From positions 1 through 14,191 of the forward strand of contig JAWCPB010000028.1 in the NCBI GenBank assembly GCA_038870455.1: 14,191 nt of DNA, read 5' to 3'. How positions within the stretch are numbered: the first letter of the stretch is position 1; each line of letters begins with the position of its first letter. This document shows, in pieces, positions 7,728-14,103 of the stretch. The notes under the pieces were generated by a model. It was not told the DNA's origin. It ran no database searches and saw only the letters and a program-made list of their open reading frames with translations. Made by a program: the position numbers and the translations under genes. This DNA is from Candidatus Micrarchaeia archaeon (GTDB lineage Archaea > Micrarchaeota > Micrarchaeia > Burarchaeales > JACRGF01).

Positions 7728-8861
7728 ATGACACTCTCGCCCGCGGTGACGGCGAACAAAGCCCATCCGTCGCAGGAGCGCGGGGTGCCAGGTCGCCCGT
7801 GGGTGGCTAGGCTTTTAGAGTCTGTGTTTCTGCGGAGGGACCTCCGCTTTCAGCGTGCTTCTCTGAAGTCTCTGTCGCACCTTGCGAGCCTCTACAACTC
7901 TTCCTGGATCACGGAGGAGCTTGAAAAATTTCCGCCAGAAATGAGGAAGCGGGCTGAGCTCCTCCGCATAACAAGCGAACAGCTCGCGAGTCAAATAGAG
8001 CATTTCCCAAAAGGCCAGATTGTGGGTGTGGTGCGCCGGAATGGCGAAAAGCATTTCGCTACCATGCTCAACACGCTGGTGGTGCCAATCAGCTCATTCG
8101 CTGACATTCCTGCGGGCTACCACGCGGTCACTACGGACAGAACTTTTGCGAAGCACGTTTCGCCCGAACGCATCCCTGCCGGACAGCAGGGCATTCTATT
8201 ATGTGTCTCCATCGCCACCCTCCCCGAGTTTCGTGGAATGACTTACGCCCAGCAGACCATCAACCACGGAGTGAAGTTCGCTGAAAGGCACGACCTGCTG
8301 GCAGTGCCCTACTCGGCTCCGCGCGGCTTCGGCCTGTACAGGCTTGCCCATCCGAACGCGAAAATAGAAGATTATCTCATCATCACCAGGCCTCCGAGGA
8401 AATCCGATGCCTACACAGACTACTGCGCGCGCCTGAAGGAGCTGAACCGCACCCGCCAACGCCTTTTCCGCGCAACCTACGGAGGCGGCCTGCATCCGCT
8501 CAGCCACGAGGAATGGTTGAAGGAGGCCTTCATCGACGCGGAACAAATCGTCGCCGGCAGAAAGCCCAGCAGAGACGCGTTCGTCTCTTTCTTCGAGAGG
8601 CGCGGCCGGTGGTTTGAGGAAACGTACGGCAAGCCGCCTACCGTGGTGGATTACATCCGCTTGACAGGCAGGCGCCACATCGACCCAGTGCTGGACTTCC
8701 ATATTCAGAATGGCGCGGATTTCATCTACGATGCGAAGGGCAACGTGGCGGGTATTTTTGCAGACTCGCGGCCCGAGGACATCTTTGCGGCCGGTTATAA
8801 CATCTGCTTGACCTACTCGGCGAGCCCGCTGTTCAACCCATGGATGGGAAAAGAGATATAA
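7728..8861 (+). CDS. Stand-alone GNAT-fold protein with malonyl-CoA decarboxylase / PKS GNAT-like motifs
   Basis: CVSIATLPEFRG.TYAQQTI (GNAT motif A), PYSAPRGF, DPVLDFHIQNGA, RPED..AAGY. ATG 7728 fits the TATA spacing better than TTG 7722. Confidence 0.65.
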   Translation: MTLSPAVTANKAHPSQERGVPGRPWVARLLESVFLRRDLRFQRASLKSLSHLASLYNSSWITEELEKFPPEMRKRAELLRITSEQLASQIEHFPKGQIVGVVRRNGEKHFATMLNTLVVPISSFADIPAGYHAVTTDRTFAKHVSPERIPAGQQGILLCVSIATLPEFRGMTYAQQTINHGVKFAERHDLLAVPYSAPRGFGLYRLAHPNAKIEDYLIITRPPRKSDAYTDYCARLKELNRTRQRLFRATYGGGLHPLSHEEWLKEAFIDAEQIVAGRKPSRDAFVSFFERRGRWFEETYGKPPTVVDYIRLTGRRHIDPVLDFHIQNGADFIYDAKGNVAGIFADSRPEDIFAAGYNICLTYSASPLFNPWMGKEI

Positions 8862-8900
8862 GGCCGCGAGGGGTAAAATATCAGCTGTTTTTGTGATCAG

Positions 8901-10883
8901 ATGCCAGAGATGCTGCTTGTTCAAACAAGTGCGGGAAATTTCTTTGTCTCCCCACACACGCTCATCAAGGTAGCGCTAGGTGAGGGTCGTTATGCCGAGA
9001 AATATGCTCATGATCTCAATGAGGGCGACATGGTGCTCGTCTCAAAGGAGTATGTCAGGCTGCCCGTCACACTCGAGGAAGTGGATGCCATCTTATGCGA
9101 CAACCTGCCGCGATACAGAAACACCTTCGCCAACATGTTCGAGTTCAACAGCAGGGGAGAGCGCATTCCCCGCCTGAGATGCGAGCTTATCAGAGGGCTG
9201 GGGGCCAAGCGCATCGTGCAAGAGGAGAAGGCCAAAACGCTGAAAGAGAGCGGCGACTACGAGCCAGCGGAGTATGCAGCGATGACGGGCAAGATAGCGG
9301 AGGTCATCGAGAATGCTAGAACGCCCGAGACCATTCGGGGCTGGCTCCGCGGGGACATCCTCGCGCCCAGTGAGCTCTCGGTGCTCGCAAAGCTCAGCGT
9401 CATCAATGGAGTATTTGCCGATATGGCGCGCGAGGAAAGCGACTTCGCCAAGAGTTATGCTGTCTATGTCACAATAAGACGGGGGGTGATGAGGGGCATC
9501 GCCTCCCCCAAGGCCGTGGGCGCTGGGCAAACCGCCCAACACGAGCACACGGGAAGGACGCGCATCAAAGATGCGCTTGGCATTGTGCGCAACCACTTCA
9601 TTTCCGAGATTGATGAGCAGGTTGTGGCAGCGAGCGCTGGAAAAATCATCCCGCTCGAGAAAAAAAGTGGGGAGTGCGCGCCCGCGGGGGAGGGGGTTTT
9701 TCCCAAAAAAATAGTTACCACCAAACTGGAGCGCGTGAACATGGAGGAAGTTTATGCGCTCTACCTCATCGCCAGCGAGATGATGCAAAAGCTCACCGAG
9801 AAATACTATAATGTGGATTTCATCACAGCGGACCTCATACTCTATCTGCTATGCAAACAGCTCAATCTTAAGCATCCGGACTCAAGGATGCTTCTGAGAT
9901 TCTATGAGGAGCTTCCAGAGAAAGCACAGAATACCCTAAGGCTGATGGCAGCCGACCTCATGAGCGAGATTGAGCAGGGCGGAGAGAACCTCCCTGTGCC
10001 GGGCCAGCATGCCCAGAACCTGCTGAATATGCTCGAGCGCTCGTTGAGAGTTTTGCCTTCTCTCTACCACGCATCCCACGAGGCATTTGGGGAGTGGGTG
10101 AGAGCAAACTTTGTCGAAAAGGCCGATAGGAAAAAAAGAAGAGAGCTTGAAAGAAAACTTGAGAAAATAGAAGATAAACTAAAAAGGAAATATAACATCG
10201 ACAAGAACTACTCGAAGAAGCTGGTTTTGGAGGCCTATCGCGGTCTCAGGCGCGTCATGCTCATTATGGGAAATCCGATACTGATCGACCCATACACATA
10301 CAAAGAGGATGCCGAAAAAAAGGCGGGCATGAATTTCTTCACCCGCAACGAGGTTGTTTCAATTGCAAAAAAATATGGCATTGAGGAGTTCATCGGGCTC
10401 ATAGAAAAAAATTTTCTCTCGGAAGATTCCTTCTTGCTCAATGAGTTCAGGAAAAGGAACAAAGCCAACGAAAAGGCGGCCGCCGAGTTGCTCAGGGAGG
10501 ATACGGAGGAGAGAAGAAAAGCGGTCGATGCGCTTGCGGAGAGGGGGGAGGCGTGTTATCATGTACTCGCCGCCATGGCGCTCTCGCCCCGCGTGCCCGA
10601 TTACGTGCTCAACAGCATCCTTGAGGTTTTCTCAAGGGTGGCAAGCCCGCGTTGCCTTGAGGTGCTCGTCCTGCTTGAGGGACAGAGTTTGCGCGAGCCC
10701 ATAAGGGACAAGGTAGCGGAAGTTTTCGGGCGCATTGCTGATAACGAGAAAAACCACCCGCTCGTCCGGCAGCTTGCCCGAGACTTTTTTGAACACGCCA
10801 CGATGTACTCAAAGATGCCCAAGTCCCCGCTGCGCCCAGCCCAGCCCAACACAAACAAAAAGCCGACGCCCCTCATCCGCTAG
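8901..10883 (+). CDS. Hypothetical 660-aa protein: DrmE-C-terminal-like N-domain, helical middle, HEAT-like C-terminal repeats, Pro/Lys tail
   Basis: Long ORF with GTGAT SD at 8893-8897. Motifs A.DL.EGD.VLV and TIRGWL.G...AP; C-terminal LLREDTEERRKAVDALAERG. The CDS is secure; the domain calls are tentative. Confidence 0.75.
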   Translation: MPEMLLVQTSAGNFFVSPHTLIKVALGEGRYAEKYAHDLNEGDMVLVSKEYVRLPVTLEEVDAILCDNLPRYRNTFANMFEFNSRGERIPRLRCELIRGLGAKRIVQEEKAKTLKESGDYEPAEYAAMTGKIAEVIENARTPETIRGWLRGDILAPSELSVLAKLSVINGVFADMAREESDFAKSYAVYVTIRRGVMRGIASPKAVGAGQTAQHEHTGRTRIKDALGIVRNHFISEIDEQVVAASAGKIIPLEKKSGECAPAGEGVFPKKIVTTKLERVNMEEVYALYLIASEMMQKLTEKYYNVDFITADLILYLLCKQLNLKHPDSRMLLRFYEELPEKAQNTLRLMAADLMSEIEQGGENLPVPGQHAQNLLNMLERSLRVLPSLYHASHEAFGEWVRANFVEKADRKKRRELERKLEKIEDKLKRKYNIDKNYSKKLVLEAYRGLRRVMLIMGNPILIDPYTYKEDAEKKAGMNFFTRNEVVSIAKKYGIEEFIGLIEKNFLSEDSFLLNEFRKRNKANEKAAAELLREDTEERRKAVDALAERGEACYHVLAAMALSPRVPDYVLNSILEVFSRVASPRCLEVLVLLEGQSLREPIRDKVAEVFGRIADNEKNHPLVRQLARDFFEHATMYSKMPKSPLRPAQPNTNKKPTPLIR

Positions 10884-11211
10884 CGAGCTTTGCCCTCAGC
10901 TTTCTGAGCGTGCCCGAGATGGCTATCGTGCGCACCGCGGCCTTCCTTCCGCCTATTTGGTTCAAAAGGAGAAGCGCGGCCCGCACGGGCTGCACCCAGG
11001 TGACAGCACATCGCAGCACGCACATTTTTTTCCTGGCATCGAACTCGACGAAACGCACGCCCGCCCCCGCAATTCCCAGCTCTCCCAGGAAGGCCAGCGC
11101 GGCCCGCTCCACAGCGTCCCTCACTTCCCTCTCACCGACCTCGCCCTCACCCGTCACCTCGAGCGCAATCCACCTGTCCTTCTCCTTCATAGTAGGCCCG
11201 AGCGCCATCAT
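10873..11211 (-). CDS. rnp2: Ribonuclease P protein component 2 (Pop5/Rpp14)
   Basis: PTMKEKDRWIA, FLGELG.A, VLRC, ISGTLRKL; ATGA overlap with the rnp3 stop. Confidence 0.93.
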   Translation of the reverse strand: MMALGPTMKEKDRWIALEVTGEGEVGEREVRDAVERAALAFLGELGIAGAGVRFVEFDARKKMCVLRCAVTWVQPVRAALLLLNQIGGRKAAVRTIAISGTLRKLRAKLASG

Positions 11212-11747
11212 CTCACCTTTTCCAGCAAGGCAAGCGGCTCTGCGCTCAGCGCCATGAGCGCCTGGCTTCGGCTTATCCCGAGCGCCACCTCTGCAAATGC
11301 GGCGATGTCGAGCGGCCTCCTCATCTCAAGTTCATCCCCCGCCCTGCTTGTGATGACATAGCCCGCGCCGAGCTTGTTGCAGAGCTTGAGGAAAAAAGCC
11401 ATTCTCGCAATGATTCTTGCCCTCTCAAGGCCTTTCGCATCAAGCACGAACGCGATTGGAATCTCGAACGGCCTTTCCTCCTCGGAGGCTTTCCTAATCA
11501 TTCCCGTATCCGGAACAAAGTTCGTCGAGCACAGCACGTCGAACCTGCGCGCGCCCTGCGCCAGCGCTTCTGGATCCGGCGAGGAAAGGATGTTCACCTT
11601 ACCCTTCTCGGGCTTTGTCCTGCCGAGCTCGCCAGCTCCCTTCACAGACCGCTCGAGCACTTCGACTCCTTCGGCGCACACCCTCGCGTATCCGAACCTC
11701 TCGGGCTTCTCGCACCTGAAGCGCGCATGGAGGTCAATGAACTCCAT
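11208..11747 (-). CDS. rnp3: Ribonuclease P protein component 3 (Rpp30)
   Basis: MEFIDLH start, FEI, YVITS.A....EMR.P.DI..F...LG pattern; adjacent to rnp2. ATG 11747 preferred over the track's 11861. Confidence 0.88.
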   Translation of the reverse strand: MEFIDLHARFRCEKPERFGYARVCAEGVEVLERSVKGAGELGRTKPEKGKVNILSSPDPEALAQGARRFDVLCSTNFVPDTGMIRKASEEERPFEIPIAFVLDAKGLERARIIARMAFFLKLCNKLGAGYVITSRAGDELEMRRPLDIAAFAEVALGISRSQALMALSAEPLALLEKVR

Positions 11748-11768
11748 GCAGAGAATTTGGGCAGAACA

Positions 11769-11777
11769 TTTATATAT
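11769..11777. promoter_or_regulatory. Shared bidirectional TATA element for rnp3 (minus) and the 11820 gene (plus)
   Basis: TTTATATAT is the only TATA-like run in the 72-bp divergent gap. Confidence 0.5.
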
Positions 11778-11819
11778 CGGAAGCAGAACAAATGATGGCT
11801 TATTCTTGGGTGATCTGTT

Positions 11820-12308
11820 ATGCGCGGCAGACATGCCAACGTGAGGGGCGGCAGAGAGCAAAGCGACACTCCTGCTGAAAGCACAATCAGAGGCCGTGAC
11901 CCGGTTTCCAAGCGCGGCTCAAGCGCAGGGGTTTCTGGCGCATTCGCCTCGCGGCGTCCCCTTGTGGATGCGGCTGAGAAGAGAGCGGAACTTCTTTTAG
12001 TTTATACCGAGGGCGAGCCGGAGGAAAAAGACGCATACCTTGATCTCGCTTTCAAACGCGGCGCCATCATCCTCGCTAAGCCGGAGGCTGCCCTACGGCA
12101 AGCAGAGCTCATGACCTCTGGCATCATCATTTTTGACAACTGCCCGTTTGAAGCTGGGCACATCGTGGAGGAGCTTCGCAAAAATGGAAAATGGAAGTTC
12201 ATCTCGGTGGACAACCGGGTTGCCGATGCCTTCTCCAAGCTCGGGAAGGACTGGCTCTGCGTGAATTCGCATGAGCTGCTTGAGGAAGCGATCAAGAGAC
12301 TTGAGTGA
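11820..12308 (+). CDS. Hypothetical protein, degenerate receiver (CheY-like) fold with N-terminal extension
   Basis: GGGTGAT SD at 11808-11814; alternating beta/alpha pattern LLLVYTE...EAAL...IIIFD...IVEELRK...KFISV...LLEEAIKRL. Confidence 0.6.
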   Translation: MRGRHANVRGGREQSDTPAESTIRGRDPVSKRGSSAGVSGAFASRRPLVDAAEKRAELLLVYTEGEPEEKDAYLDLAFKRGAIILAKPEAALRQAELMTSGIIIFDNCPFEAGHIVEELRKNGKWKFISVDNRVADAFSKLGKDWLCVNSHELLEEAIKRLE

Positions 12309-12312
12309 GAAA

Positions 12313-12759
12313 ATGCACGGCGAGAAAAACGCACGGGCGCAAAAGGAGAACCAGTCCGGCACGCGTATGCACGGCAAACGGCCTATGGCTGAGAATATTC
12401 AAAAAAAACCGTTCGCCCATGCGCGCGTGATCGTGGTATTCAGGGATAAAGGGGCGCTCGAGGAAAATCGCGGTGAGTACGAAAGGCTCGGGAGAAAGGT
12501 CGGCTCGCTCGAGTTCACAACCATCAAGGAAGCCCTCCCGGGGAGCGCGAATGTCATTGTGTATGATGGCGTCATGGCCAGCTCCGCCATATCTGCCGTG
12601 TTGGAGCAGATATCAAGGCTGCGCGCCGAAGCGCCGGAAACAAAAATCATTGTTGTCGGAAGCGGCCTCTCGGAGGGCGTGGGCGATGGCGGTGCGCTCG
12701 TGAAAAGCCGGAACGACATCGAGCGCGCGCTCACTCAACTTGTCAAAACAGCCCCCTAG
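12313..12759 (+). CDS. Hypothetical protein, degenerate receiver (CheY-like) fold with N-terminal extension
   Basis: ATG 4 nt after the previous stop; VIVVFRD...EAL...NVIVYD...LEQISRLRAEAPETKIIVVG...VKS..DIERALTQL. Confidence 0.65.
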   Translation: MHGEKNARAQKENQSGTRMHGKRPMAENIQKKPFAHARVIVVFRDKGALEENRGEYERLGRKVGSLEFTTIKEALPGSANVIVYDGVMASSAISAVLEQISRLRAEAPETKIIVVGSGLSEGVGDGGALVKSRNDIERALTQLVKTAP

Positions 12760-13225
12760 CTTTCCTGCCCGCCGCGGTCAGACCCCTGAAAGCCCTCCCT
12801 TTCTGAAGAGGCAGGCCCGTTGTCTTAGGGTCTGCGAGAATGACTTCGAAATAGTCGTTGCTTCCGTCTCCGCCAACCCAATATGAGTTGAGCACCTCAA
12901 GATTCCTGTACGCTCTCGCTGCCCTCTGCTCGGCGATGGCCTGGTTGCTGAGCTTGGGCGAAAAGAATCTCCCATACCTCGACGGCTTTCTGCCTTTCCT
13001 CGGCTTTATCCTTTTTCTCCGCCCCTTAAGGATGCGGACTCTCGCCACCACAAAGCCTTTCTTTGCCTTGTAGCCGAGCTCCCTCGCCCGCGCGATGTTC
13101 AGCGGCTTCTCCACTCTCGCAATCGCTGAGCCCTTGTTCCACGCCGCAACGCGCTTCTTGTACTCCGGAGAACGAGCCGCATGCTCTTTCCTGAAAGCCT
13201 CTTTCAAGTACTTGTAGAAACCCAT
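12743..13225 (-). CDS. rpl15e: 50S ribosomal protein L15e (eL15), short form
   Basis: ARELGYKAK.GFVVARVR, AEQRA.R...NLEVLNSYWVG.DG...YFEVIL.DP, GRAFRGLT.AGRKARGL; ATG 13225 follows a GGGTGA SD. Confidence 0.96.
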   Translation of the reverse strand: MGFYKYLKEAFRKEHAARSPEYKKRVAAWNKGSAIARVEKPLNIARARELGYKAKKGFVVARVRILKGRRKRIKPRKGRKPSRYGRFFSPKLSNQAIAEQRAARAYRNLEVLNSYWVGGDGSNDYFEVILADPKTTGLPLQKGRAFRGLTAAGRKARGLF

Positions 13226-13311
13226 TTGCTTCACCCGCTCGTTCAGGCTGCAAAGTGCAGTCCCCTACATTCGAGCGCATTCATTCAATCGGACAAATTA
13301 TATTAAGATAA

Positions 13312-13496
13312 CGCCGGGGAGGAGATTCGAACTCCTAACCCCGTGAAGGGACCAGATTCGGAACCGCAGGGGAACAATGGTTCCCCTTCAGTTTGACGGT
13401 CCTCCTGATTCCCCTCCTTTCCTGAAAGGAATGCAGGAAAAATCCCGATTGGTTCCGTCTCGAGTCTGGCGCGATACCAGGTTCCGCCACCCCGGC
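13312..13496 (-). tRNA. tRNA-Ser(CGA) with ~101-nt insert in the anticodon loop (13458-13358)
   Basis: Acceptor GCCGGGG/CCCCGGC with G73, D arm GCGG/TCGC, anticodon stem CCAGA/TCTGG with loop CT-CGA-G^A, long variable arm, T arm AGGAG-TTCGAAT-CTCCT; no encoded CCA. TTTAATA box at 13526-13520. Confidence 0.9.
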
Positions 13497-13539
13497 AGGA
13501 ATAATCTGTAAAAACAGGCTATTAAATGTGGCTCTGGGG

Positions 13540-14049
13540 CTATGCGGGCACTCCTTTTCCCGTCTTGGCAGGCTCCCTGCGCTCGCGCTTCTCTTCCTTC
13601 CGAACCGGCTCCCGCTCCGGCGCTCTCTTGAATGGCGCCTGCTTCCGCGGTTTTTCCTTCAGCGTTTTTTCCTTTTCTTCCATCTTCTTTTTCAAGCTCG
13701 GAAACAATTCGAGTATGGACGCCTCACTCCTTCCCTTCTGCCGGGCCAGTTCGGCATACCGCAGTATCATCTGCTCGGCAACCCCGCCCGGATAGGCCGC
13801 CGCAACGTTTTCCAGATGCTTTCTCTCCTCGTGCGTGAGCTCCTCGACCAACCCAAAGAACACGCCGTCCGCCGTCCTGATGTTCCTCCGCGCGATGAAA
13901 TCAAGCCCGCTCCATTTCATGAATCTCTCAAACAAGCCTTTGGGGTTGTCGAGCCTCTCCAGCGCTTCCTTTGGCACAAACACCTTCAGCAAATCAGCGA
14001 GCGAACTGTAGGCGGAGACGTGTCGCTCTTCTTCTTTTTCTACGTCCAT
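13540..14049 (-). CDS. Hypothetical protein, small helical domain plus charged low-complexity C-terminal tail
   Basis: 169-aa ORF with TTTTTAAA box at 14080-14073, ~24 nt before the ATG; no family recognised. Confidence 0.75.
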   Translation of the reverse strand: MDVEKEEERHVSAYSSLADLLKVFVPKEALERLDNPKGLFERFMKWSGLDFIARRNIRTADGVFFGLVEELTHEERKHLENVAAAYPGGVAEQMILRYAELARQKGRSEASILELFPSLKKKMEEKEKTLKEKPRKQAPFKRAPEREPVRKEEKRERREPAKTGKGVPA

Positions 14050-14103
14050 GCCATTTCTTCTGCACGCGGGAGTTTAAAAAACATTGGGCACGAAAATATA
14101 TCC

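Noticed and set aside
8901-9045. Intein/HINT domain suggested by A.DL.EGD.VL
   Set aside because: No block A starting with Cys/Ser, no T..H in register, no terminal HN-C/S/T and no LAGLIDADG motif.
8901-10883. A complete DISARM system
   Set aside because: No drmA/B/C or methyltransferase genes and no helicase-like region; only a partial-domain resemblance.
7588-12759. Inserts as transposons or proviral remnants
   Set aside because: No transposase, integrase, terminal repeats or target-site duplications seen.
13358-13458. Ser intron as a box C/D guide, hammerhead ribozyme or group I intron
   Set aside because: One CTGA but no convincing RTGATGA box C; no CTGANGA/GAAA hammerhead core in the right junctions on either strand; too short for a group I core.
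13312-13496. Alternative splice register giving an Arg(CCG) anticodon (CT-CCG-AA)
   Set aside because: The long variable arm and G73 are Ser identity elements, and no BHB supports that register.
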